From positions 196,033 through 260,032 of the forward strand of contig CAZOVJ010000001.1 in NCBI GenBank assembly GCA_964583685.1: 64,000 nucleotides of DNA, read 5' to 3'. Within the stretch, counting starts at the first letter, position 1. Every line of letters begins with the position of its first letter. Origin of the DNA: an uncultured Gammaproteobacteria bacterium. Its GTDB lineage: Bacteria > Patescibacteriota > Microgenomatia > UBA8517. Shown here piece by piece: positions 8,601-16,556 of the stretch. The notes below the pieces were generated by a model. The model did not search any database. It was not told where the DNA came from and worked only from the letters and a program-made list of their open reading frames with translations. Position numbers and translations under genes: made by a program.

Positions 8601-9303
8601 AATATTTAACCACCTCCTCTAATACAATTTCTCTGGCCTCTTCATAAACTTCTGGTATTTCTTTCTCCCTTGCGTCAATGACCCTGATTCTGTCCGGGAA
8701 CAGCTGAATTAATCTGTGGTATTGTAGGGCTACTTTCACCTGAGTATCCATAACTTCGTATTTGGAAAGCACCTTAACATCTTTGGCTCTTTCCATCGCC
8801 AGTGCAGGGTCATTATCAATAAGCAAGGTCAAATTTGGAAAAGATAGTAATCCCCGATCAACCAGATTTTGGTTTAGCCCTGTCAAGAATTTCAAGGTAG
8901 GCTCCTCACCACCAAAGTATTTGGCCAATCTTACACTTTGATAAGCAAACCAACTGTCAAGAAAACGATCGGTAATAACAACTACTCCCTTTTGCAGTTT
9001 TGGCAAAATGAGCTTTTCATAATTATCTAATCGAGCTGTCAGGAGAAGGAAGGCCTCGGATATGTGAGTCAAATTCTCACCTCTTTCAAAATGTTCCTGA
9101 AATCTGTCCCAAGGGGAAAGTCCGTAAGGCGGGTCGCGAGTTAAAGCGACATCAAAACCTCTATCAAGAAGGTCCTTTCTTAACCAACGAGCAACAGGAG
9201 TTTTCCCTGTGAAGTCTATACCCTCTAGGCTTGTAAACATCCCAAATTTTCTCTCTGTGTCCGGCATTTCAGCTAATATATACTTAGGCACCCTATAAGT
9301 CAA
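8593..9303 (-). CDS. tmk: thymidylate kinase-like (dTMP kinase)
   Basis: 236 aa; P-loop 'FTSLEGIDFTGKT' and 'LTRDP' dTMP-kinase motifs. Confidence 0.6.
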   Translation of the reverse strand: MTYRVPKYILAEMPDTERKFGMFTSLEGIDFTGKTPVARWLRKDLLDRGFDVALTRDPPYGLSPWDRFQEHFERGENLTHISEAFLLLTARLDNYEKLILPKLQKGVVVITDRFLDSWFAYQSVRLAKYFGGEEPTLKFLTGLNQNLVDRGLLSFPNLTLLIDNDPALAMERAKDVKVLSKYEVMDTQVKVALQYHRLIQLFPDRIRVIDAREKEIPEVYEEAREIVLEEVVKYYD

Positions 9304-9590
9304 ATTAAGCCTGCAGTTTCTTTTTCTATTATATTTTAGTAAAATATACTTACCGTTAGGTAAAAAGTTTGCAAAGCAAACTTATCTGCTCGGCAAAGCC
9401 GAGTCAATTGCACGCGAAGATAATTAGCGGAGACTTCGCTCAGCGGGACCGGAGCTATACAATATGGTGGCTGCCGCTATTCAGCCGCCATACCTTTGAA
9501 GTAAGTTCGAATTTCGCAATATAACGTGCACTTTATTTTTTCTCTTGAATATTTTTTTCTTTATATGGTATTTTGTTATAAGGTCTTCTT
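9304..9590. ncRNA. candidate structured RNA / leader in GC-enriched tmk-pyrG divergent intergenic region (unclassified)
   Basis: 287 nt non-coding, much more GC-rich than flanks; perfect hairpin CTCGGC-AAA-GCCGAG and 10-bp stem ATGGTGGCTG...CAGCCGCCAT; no family identified. Confidence 0.25.
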
Positions 9591-11219
9591 GTGAAATTTA
9601 TTTTTATTAGTGGTGGCGTACTCTCGGGGTTGGGCAAGGGAATTGTCAGTGCTTCTATCGGTCTTCTTCTGAAATCTCAGGGTTTCAAAGTAACGGCAAT
9701 CAAAATTGATCCCTATGTTAGCGTTGATGCTGGAACAATGCGGCCGGCTGAGCACGGAGAGGTATTTGTTACCAAGGATGGAGGCGAACTTGATCAAGAC
9801 ATTGGCCATTATGAAAGATTTTTAAACATCGAGCTTAGCCGGGATAACAATATTACTACCGGCAAGGTCTTTCAAGATGTCATTGATAAAGAACGGCATT
9901 TTTTCTATCAAGGGAGAGATGCGGAGATGATTCCCGATGTTATCAATCAAATTAAAAAGATGATTTATAAACCGTCCAAGGGTTTTGATTTTAGTGTTGT
10001 GGAAATCGGTGGCACGACCGGAGATTTGGAAAACATGCCCTTTCTTCACGCGGCCCGAGAGATAGGTAGAGAATTCCCGGCTGTATATATTATGGTGACC
10101 TACCTCCCTTTTCTCAAGAATATTGGCGAACTGAAAACAAAACCCACCCAGCATGCAGTTGCCCGGCTTCGGGAGATAGGAATTGTGCCTGACTTTATTG
10201 TTACTAGGAATGAGATTCCCATTGATAAGCCCCGAATTGAAACAATTGCTAAAAGGTGTTTTATTTCAGAAGAGAACATTATTGATGATCCGGATATTGA
10301 GATTGTTTATAAAGTTCCCTTGATATTTGAGGAGAAAAAATTTGCCGATAAAATTTTGAGAAAATTTGCTATTAAAAAAACTGGAAAGAAGGATCTTCGG
10401 GATTGGAAACGCTTTGTCAGTCGTTTGGAAAAACCTAAAAAAGAAATCCATCTTGCTTTGGTTGGTAAGTATGTTACCCATGGCAGCAACAAACATAAAG
10501 ATGTTTATATTTCGGTTTTGGAAGCCATCAATCATGCGGCCGCTTTTCATGGTTTAAAAGTGAAGATTCTTGCCATTGATTCAGAAAAAATTGAAAAATT
10601 AAGCCAGAAAAAATTGTCTGAAAGACTTAAAGAGGTTGAAGGTATTGTTGTACCCCAGGGTTGGGGTAGCCGAGGGGTGGAAGGGAAAATTCGGGCCATT
10701 CGTTATGCCAGAGAAAATAAAATTCCCTATCTCGGACTCTGTTTTGGTATGCAGATGGCAACAATTGAATTTGCCAGGAATGTTCTCGGCTTAAAATCTG
10801 CTAATTCTACTGAAGTTAATCCAAGAACAAAACATCAGGTCATTCATGTTATGCCTAAACAGAAAGAATATCTGGCTAAAAAACAATACGGCGGGACGAT
10901 TAGAGTTGGCGCCTGGCCCTGCAAACTAAAAAAAGGGACGAAACTGGAAGCTGTTTATAAAAAATTTGGCCAACGGTCAAGCTTGATTTATGAACGACAT
11001 AGGCACCGCTATGAGTTCAATAATAAATACAAGAAGAATTTTGAGAAATTTGGCTTTGTCTTTTCCGGTACCTCGCCTGATGGAAAACTGGTTGAGGCAA
11101 TAGAGCTTAAAGATCACCCTTTCTTTATCGCTACCCAATTTCATCCAGAATATCTGAGCCGACCTTTAGTTCCCCACCCTATTTTTCTCTCTTTTCTGGA
11201 ATCCATGCTTAGCGGTTGA
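9591..11219 (+). CDS. pyrG: CTP synthase
   Basis: 542 aa; 'MKFIFISGGVLSGLGKGI' N-terminus, glutamine amidotransferase 'GLCFGMQ' active site. Confidence 0.95.
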   Translation: MKFIFISGGVLSGLGKGIVSASIGLLLKSQGFKVTAIKIDPYVSVDAGTMRPAEHGEVFVTKDGGELDQDIGHYERFLNIELSRDNNITTGKVFQDVIDKERHFFYQGRDAEMIPDVINQIKKMIYKPSKGFDFSVVEIGGTTGDLENMPFLHAAREIGREFPAVYIMVTYLPFLKNIGELKTKPTQHAVARLREIGIVPDFIVTRNEIPIDKPRIETIAKRCFISEENIIDDPDIEIVYKVPLIFEEKKFADKILRKFAIKKTGKKDLRDWKRFVSRLEKPKKEIHLALVGKYVTHGSNKHKDVYISVLEAINHAAAFHGLKVKILAIDSEKIEKLSQKKLSERLKEVEGIVVPQGWGSRGVEGKIRAIRYARENKIPYLGLCFGMQMATIEFARNVLGLKSANSTEVNPRTKHQVIHVMPKQKEYLAKKQYGGTIRVGAWPCKLKKGTKLEAVYKKFGQRSSLIYERHRHRYEFNNKYKKNFEKFGFVFSGTSPDGKLVEAIELKDHPFFIATQFHPEYLSRPLVPHPIFLSFLESMLSG

Positions 11220-11263
11220 TTTGGTTTGATACTGAACCCCAAAAAATAGTAAAATATACATAA

Positions 11264-11351
11264 GCCGAGGTGCTGGAATGGTAGACAGGACAGACTTAAA
11301 ATCTGTTGTCGCAATTGCGACGTGAGGGTTCGACTCCCTCCCTCGGCACCA
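11264..11351 (+). tRNA. tRNA-Leu(TAA)
   Basis: Acceptor GCCGAGG/CCTCGGC, anticodon stem ACAGA/TCTGT loop CTTAAAA, long variable arm, encoded CCA. Confidence 0.8.
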
Positions 11352-11427
11352 CGGGGTGTAGCTCAGTTGGCAGAGTGCGCGCTTTGGGAGCGTGAGGTCC
11401 CCGGTTCGAGTCCGGGCACCCCGACCA
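11352..11427 (+). tRNA. tRNA-Pro(TGG)
   Basis: Acceptor CGGGGTG/CACCCCG, anticodon loop TTTGGGA, T-arm CCCCGGTTCGAGTCCGGG, encoded CCA; abuts the paralogue operon (5 bp away). Confidence 0.8.
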
Positions 11428-11431
11428 AATT

Positions 11432-12322
11432 TCAAGAGCCAATTTCTACTGCAATACGAAATCCTACTTCTGGGTACGATTGGTTGGCATATTTCAAAAG
11501 GACGTGGGCAGCACCACCGTCGTATAAATTGCCAACCATGAAACGTAGAGAACTACGGACCTCATGGCGACATTCAGTATTTGTCCATTCGTAGGTGTTA
11601 GTTTTTCCCCAACCAAAACGATTGGCAAGTAGATTCCACGGCAAAATATCCAACAAGTGAACATCACCTTTTACCAATCCTACATCAGAAAGAAATTTCT
11701 GTTTGGCTTCATCAATTGCTGCCTTAATGTCGTTCCAAGAAACATTGAATCTGTCATCAATTCCCAGTCTTTTCCCAAAATTAGTTTCTTGGTATTTCTC
11801 TCCATGTGATGGCTTTTCTAATGTCTCAACCGCAAGCCACTGACCAGGCCGCCTAGGAAAGTCAGCCCAGTCCCCTTGTACCTTTTCCCAGTAGAACATT
11901 TCCAAGTTTCTGTAAATCTGGTATTTATTCTTTTCACTCTCTGACAAACTCTCAAACCGCTTCCAGTTAGGGTATTTTGCAGTAAGCCTTCTTAGATATT
12001 GCGTTAGGTTTTCTCTTCCTAATTGGTAAGGGTCAAGGTCTAAAGGAGGTAAGAAAACAAGAGTAAAGCCTTCCTCTTCTAGTTTCTGCTTTACTTCTTG
12101 GGTAATTTCAGTTGGAAGAGGAGGAATGGTAAAATTTACACCCAGTACCCGCTTCCAAGCTTCTTGTTCTACCATAATTAAGTCTGCCTCAAACTCTTTT
12201 AATTCTGGCTCTCTTGTCTCTCTTTCTGCTAAAAGCTCTTCTAACTTCCTTGAAGCAGGAATCTCTCTTTTCCCGAAAGGATCAAGTCTTGCTACTTCAT
12301 CTGGTGGTATTTTTTCAGCCAT
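11432..12322 (-). CDS. paralogue A1 of a 4-member unknown-function family (C-terminal GFR[IV]AVEIGS)
   Basis: 296 aa; shares N-terminal 'EK..PD.VA.LDPF...IPASR.LEELLA', central 'RLG..DRFNVSW' and 'WNLLANR.GWGKTN..EWTNTE' blocks with ORFs at 12335, 13031, 15664. Confidence 0.7.
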   Translation of the reverse strand: MAEKIPPDEVARLDPFGKREIPASRKLEELLAERETREPELKEFEADLIMVEQEAWKRVLGVNFTIPPLPTEITQEVKQKLEEEGFTLVFLPPLDLDPYQLGRENLTQYLRRLTAKYPNWKRFESLSESEKNKYQIYRNLEMFYWEKVQGDWADFPRRPGQWLAVETLEKPSHGEKYQETNFGKRLGIDDRFNVSWNDIKAAIDEAKQKFLSDVGLVKGDVHLLDILPWNLLANRFGWGKTNTYEWTNTECRHEVRSSLRFMVGNLYDGGAAHVLLKYANQSYPEVGFRIAVEIGS

Positions 12323-12334
12323 AAATCCAATATT

Positions 12335-13018
12335 TCAAGAACCAATTTCTACTGCAACACGAAATCCTATACTAGCAAAGGAATAATTAGATATTTTCCC
12401 AGAAACGTAGGCAGCACCACCACTCTCAAAATCACCAATAGTAAGATGCAAAAGACGTCGTGGATATCTGGTATTGGTCCATTCGGAAGAATTAGTCTTT
12501 CCCCACCCTTCGCGATTTGCCAACAAGTTCCATTCAAGTGCTTCCAGAAGTCTAATGTCTGCTTGGCCAGAAAGACCTATTTCAGAAAGAATACTTTGCT
12601 TCCTATCCTCTATTGCCCTGTTTACATCGTCCCCGGAAACATTAAATCTATCAGAAAACCCTAGTCTGTTTGTCAATGGTGAATGGGGGTATTTCCCCCC
12701 CCCAGCTCCTTTTTCCCGAAGTGCTAAAGCATCTAATTCAAGGGCTGGTATGAATCGTAACTCAAGACCCAAGTTTTTCAGATTAGCTATCACTTCAGGT
12801 GTTATGCCCTCTGGTAGACGTTTAACTTCAATCTCACTTCCCAAAACCTTTAGCCATTCATTTCTCTCGAAGGTAATGATTTCTGACATCTGGGCTTCTG
12901 GTTCTCCTGTTCCTCTTCCTGCTGCCAAAAGCTCTTCTAGCTCCCTTGAAGCAGGGATTCCTCTCACCTTGAAAGGATCAAGGCTTGCTACTTTATCTGG
13001 TGATAGTTTTTCAGTCAT
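12335..13018 (-). CDS. paralogue A2 (short form lacking the central 'AKYPNWK...QWLAVETLEKP' segment)
   Basis: 227 aa; N-terminal half almost identical to A4 and first ~30 codons identical in nucleotide sequence to A3. Confidence 0.65.
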   Translation of the reverse strand: MTEKLSPDKVASLDPFKVRGIPASRELEELLAAGRGTGEPEAQMSEIITFERNEWLKVLGSEIEVKRLPEGITPEVIANLKNLGLELRFIPALELDALALREKGAGGGKYPHSPLTNRLGFSDRFNVSGDDVNRAIEDRKQSILSEIGLSGQADIRLLEALEWNLLANREGWGKTNSSEWTNTRYPRRLLHLTIGDFESGGAAYVSGKISNYSFASIGFRVAVEIGS

Positions 13019-13030
13019 AAATCCAATATT

Positions 13031-13861
13031 TCAAGAACTAATTTCTACTGTAATGCGAAACCCAACGCGGCCTCGACAAAGCCAATGGAGAAAGGTAGTA
13101 TCTCCGATGGCAGAGCAGCCAGCGACGAGACGAGAAGGGATAGCAGATGATACACGGTGTTCTGTATTGGTCCACTCATAAGTATCGGTTCCGCTCCACC
13201 CTTCACGATTCGCCAGCAAATTCCATTCTAAAACATTCAAAAATCTAACATTACTTAGCCCCAGTCCCATATCAAGAAGGAACTTAGATTTAGCTTTCTC
13301 TATAGCCGTTTCAACGTCATACCAAGAAACATTGAACCTGTTATCAAATCCCAATCTTCGGTCAAATGCAGTTTTTTGGTATTTTTCGTCTTTATTTGGT
13401 GGTGGAAGAGTCTCAACTGCAGCCCAAGAATGGGGCAAGGTTGGAAAATTAATATAACCGTTCTTTACCTTTCTCCAAAACCATTTTCTTAAGTTTCTAC
13501 TCCAGTTAGGGTATTTTGCAGTAAGCCTTCTTAGATATTGCGTTATGCTTTCTTTTTCTAATTGGTGAGGTTCAAGGTCTAAAGATGGTAAGAAGACAAG
13601 AGTAAAGCCTTCCTCTTCTAGTCTCTGCTTTACCTCTTGGGTAATTTCAGTTGGAGGAGAAGGAATGTTCAAATCTACTCCCAGGACCCGCTTCCAAACT
13701 TCTTGCTCTACCTTAATTAAGTCTGCCTCAAACTCTCTTAATTCTAGCTCACTAGGTTTATTTTCAGCTAAAAGCTCTTCTAACTCCCTTGAAGCAGGGA
13801 TTCCTCTCACCTTGAAAGGATCAAGGCTTGCTACTTTATCTGGTGATAGTTTTTCAGTCAT
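13031..13861 (-). CDS. paralogue A3
   Basis: 276 aa; N-terminus like A2, middle like A1 ('ELREFEADLIKVEQEVWKRVLGV...TEITQEVKQ'), divergent C-terminus ending GFRITVEISS. Confidence 0.65.
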   Translation of the reverse strand: MTEKLSPDKVASLDPFKVRGIPASRELEELLAENKPSELELREFEADLIKVEQEVWKRVLGVDLNIPSPPTEITQEVKQRLEEEGFTLVFLPSLDLEPHQLEKESITQYLRRLTAKYPNWSRNLRKWFWRKVKNGYINFPTLPHSWAAVETLPPPNKDEKYQKTAFDRRLGFDNRFNVSWYDVETAIEKAKSKFLLDMGLGLSNVRFLNVLEWNLLANREGWSGTDTYEWTNTEHRVSSAIPSRLVAGCSAIGDTTFLHWLCRGRVGFRITVEISS

Positions 13862-13871
13862 ATCAATGTGA

Positions 13872-15674
13872 TTATAATTCTTTAGTAAATTCCCTCAAGA
13901 GCTCAGCTAAGATTTCTGGTAATTGATTTACTTTGTCACAAACTTTGCTCTCGGGTGAATAGGTGTTTTCAATTGCTCGAGCGTGACGAGTGATTCCAAC
14001 ACCAACAACAGTAACACCCATCTGCCGCAACTTTACTAACTCTTCTTGAACCCGATCGGGATTGCTGCTTATGCCATCAGAAAAAACAATGACTGCCTTT
14101 TTAAGTTCACCAGCAGCCAATCTCCTTTGTTTCTCTTGATCGGTATCTTCGCGGATTGCTTCTAAAGATTCATAGTCCCATGTTGCTAAACCTGGAGCGC
14201 TAGCTAGATTCTTAAAGACTTCAATTCGTGTTATTTCCTTAAGTTCAGAAGATAAAGGTTTTAACTCAATCTCAAAATTTCCAAATCCTCTGACTTCACT
14301 TTTAACCCCAAGTTCTACCATCTCTTCCCGATGTGTCTCAGCAAGTTGATGGAAATCTTTAAGTGCTTCAAGGAAAAGAATCACACAGTGACGCTCTTCG
14401 ACAAGTTTTTCTCTTGGCATTTCCATTGAACAGGAAAGATCACAAACTAGAGTAACCTCAAATCCACCTGGAGCAACTACTTCAACCGGCCTTTTTTGGT
14501 AATCCAGCCAAACAGGAGAATCGGAAATTCCCACATCGGCATCTAATTTCGCTTGAGATAAAAGTCCGGGGTCGATAACCGCTCCTTCTCTCCGGCGCGC
14601 CCTGAGCCGTCTTTTATACTCAATCCTCCGACTAATAACCTTTTCAAAAACTTTCCTTAAATATTCTATATAAGGCTTAATGGTTATATACTCTCCATAA
14701 TATCCTTGAATGTCTTCCCAGGACACTCCGTGTTCAAGCTCGTAGGCACGGCGGTCAAGCTCTTCTGGTCCGGCCCCGCGAGCAACTTGATCTTCAAATT
14801 CTCTAATTAACTCTTCTTGGAGCTCACCCGCCATAGGATGGGGCAAGCGATTTTCTTCCTTTTCATACTCTTGACGAAAGCCTTCTTCATTAGGAGCTAA
14901 TTTAAGCTTTCCTTTACTTTTCTCTACCTCTCCTTCGCCTTCTCCTCTAACTTCGACTTCCTCCCCTTCCTTTTCTTGTTTTTTCTCTCCTTGTTTTTTC
15001 CTTTCTTTAAGGTCCTCTTGGAACAGCTCTTCAAAAATTGGTTCAATGAAAAGCCTAATTGCTTTAAGCCGAATGGCAGGCTCAACCCCGGGCTGAGCAA
15101 TCAATTCAAGCAGGTTCTTTCCTTTGATATCCTTCAACCCTTCTATCTCTTGCCTTACTTGCGTATCAATTCTAACTTTTTCTTCTGGCAACATTGCCTC
15201 GCGAAGAATAGCGTGAGCGAACTGAAGATGACGGGGGTGTTGGGTGTAATCGGTTTCTGGGAAAAGACGCTGGCGATATAAATTCCTGATGGTCTCACGG
15301 TGAACGGGCGCTCTATTACCTAGAGTTCTATTAATTAAAGTGTCCTGAAGGCAATTGTGTAAGATTTGATAGCGGAATCCTAAGATCTCTCTTCGATCAA
15401 ATTCCTTTCGGTAAAGTGAGGGAGAGCGGCGGAATTCTCGTAATTCCTCAAGTTCATGAAGGGTGGCGGACATTGCTTGAGAACGACTAAATCCTTTATC
15501 AATAAAAAACTGAGGATCATAAAAAATTGTTCCGGTTTCGAGATCGAATCCCCACTGATTACCTGGCACAATTTGTAAACCAGTAACTTGAGCATAACCG
15601 GCCAGTAACGATTGTTCTTGTGCAAAAAAGTCTTCAGCTTCCTCTCTTTTTCGTCCTTTTTGTTCAGTTGACAT
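13872..15674 (-). CDS. VWA (von Willebrand factor A, MIDAS) domain protein with unknown N-terminal domain and acidic/basic low-complexity linker
   Basis: 600 aa; C-terminal 'FEVTLVCDLSCSME' (DxSxS MIDAS) and 'VIVFSDGISSNPD' VWA motifs; 11-bp overlap with upstream paralogue A4. Confidence 0.75.
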   Translation of the reverse strand: MSTEQKGRKREEAEDFFAQEQSLLAGYAQVTGLQIVPGNQWGFDLETGTIFYDPQFFIDKGFSRSQAMSATLHELEELREFRRSPSLYRKEFDRREILGFRYQILHNCLQDTLINRTLGNRAPVHRETIRNLYRQRLFPETDYTQHPRHLQFAHAILREAMLPEEKVRIDTQVRQEIEGLKDIKGKNLLELIAQPGVEPAIRLKAIRLFIEPIFEELFQEDLKERKKQGEKKQEKEGEEVEVRGEGEGEVEKSKGKLKLAPNEEGFRQEYEKEENRLPHPMAGELQEELIREFEDQVARGAGPEELDRRAYELEHGVSWEDIQGYYGEYITIKPYIEYLRKVFEKVISRRIEYKRRLRARRREGAVIDPGLLSQAKLDADVGISDSPVWLDYQKRPVEVVAPGGFEVTLVCDLSCSMEMPREKLVEERHCVILFLEALKDFHQLAETHREEMVELGVKSEVRGFGNFEIELKPLSSELKEITRIEVFKNLASAPGLATWDYESLEAIREDTDQEKQRRLAAGELKKAVIVFSDGISSNPDRVQEELVKLRQMGVTVVGVGITRHARAIENTYSPESKVCDKVNQLPEILAELLREFTKEL

Positions 15675-16554
15675 GTTTAAAAACTACTGCAACACGAAAT
15701 CCGATATTGAAATTGAAAGAGGAGTAATCAGATCTTTCCCAAATAACGTGGGCCGCACCACCGTACTTAAAATTACCAACAAAGAGATGGCAGTTGACGT
15801 CGAGCGGTCGATATTCGGTATTGGTCCATTCGGAAGAATTAGTCTTCCCCCACCCTTCACGATTTGCCAACAAATTCCATTCAAGTGCTTCCAGAAGTCT
15901 AATATCTCCATGGCCGGAAAGACCTATTTCAGAAAGAATACTTTGCTTCGTATTCCATATTGCCCTGGTTACTTCATCCCAGGAAAGGTTGAATCTGTCA
16001 GAAAATCCTAGTCTGTCTGTCAATGGTGAACGGGGAAATTCCCTTCCCCATGCTGGTTTTTCCAGTGTCTCAACAGCCAGCCATTGACCGGGAAGCTCGG
16101 GGAAATCTATATTCCCTACTTGCTTCCAAAACCAATGATGTAAATTTCTAACAACAGTGTGGTTTGATTTTTCTCTCTCATTTAGAGATTCATATGGTTT
16201 CCAGTTAGGGTACTTTTCAGCAAGTTCTTTCAAGAAAACCACAACTCCTTTTTCCCGAAGTGCTAAAGCATCTAAGTCAAGTGCTGGTATGAACCTCAAT
16301 TCAAAACCAAATCTTTCCAAATTTCTCATCACCTCTTGAATTACAAATGATGGTAAAGGTAGAACTTCAACTTCACTTCCCAAAACCTTTAGCCATTCAT
16401 TTCTCTCGAAGGTAATGATTTCTGACATCTGGGCTTCTGGTTCTCCTGTTCCTCTTCCTGCTGCTAAAAGCTCTTCTAATTCTCTTGAAGCAGGAATCCC
16501 TTTCCCAAAAGGATCAAGAAGTGCTACTTTATTTGGTGGTATTTTTTCAGTCAC
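15664..16554 (-). CDS. paralogue A4 (divergent C-terminus ...GFRVAVVFKHVN)
   Basis: 296 aa; start overlaps stop of AAA+ gene by 4 bp (ATGA), end overlaps VWA gene start. Confidence 0.65.
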   Translation of the reverse strand: MTEKIPPNKVALLDPFGKGIPASRELEELLAAGRGTGEPEAQMSEIITFERNEWLKVLGSEVEVLPLPSFVIQEVMRNLERFGFELRFIPALDLDALALREKGVVVFLKELAEKYPNWKPYESLNEREKSNHTVVRNLHHWFWKQVGNIDFPELPGQWLAVETLEKPAWGREFPRSPLTDRLGFSDRFNLSWDEVTRAIWNTKQSILSEIGLSGHGDIRLLEALEWNLLANREGWGKTNSSEWTNTEYRPLDVNCHLFVGNFKYGGAAHVIWERSDYSSFNFNIGFRVAVVFKHVN

Positions 16555-16556
16555 AG

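Noticed and set aside
9304-9590. Assignment of the tmk-pyrG intergenic region to SRP RNA, 6S RNA, RNase P RNA or tmRNA
   Set aside because: I could not find any of the family-specific conserved motifs (SRP domain IV GGAAGCAGCC, RNase P GGAAAGUCCGG, tmRNA tRNA-like end). It is left as an unclassified candidate.
11166-11594. ORFs 11166-11435(-) and 11322-11594(+)
   Set aside because: They read through tRNA-Leu(TAA)/tRNA-Pro and into the conserved C-terminal repeat of paralogue A1. They are not real genes.
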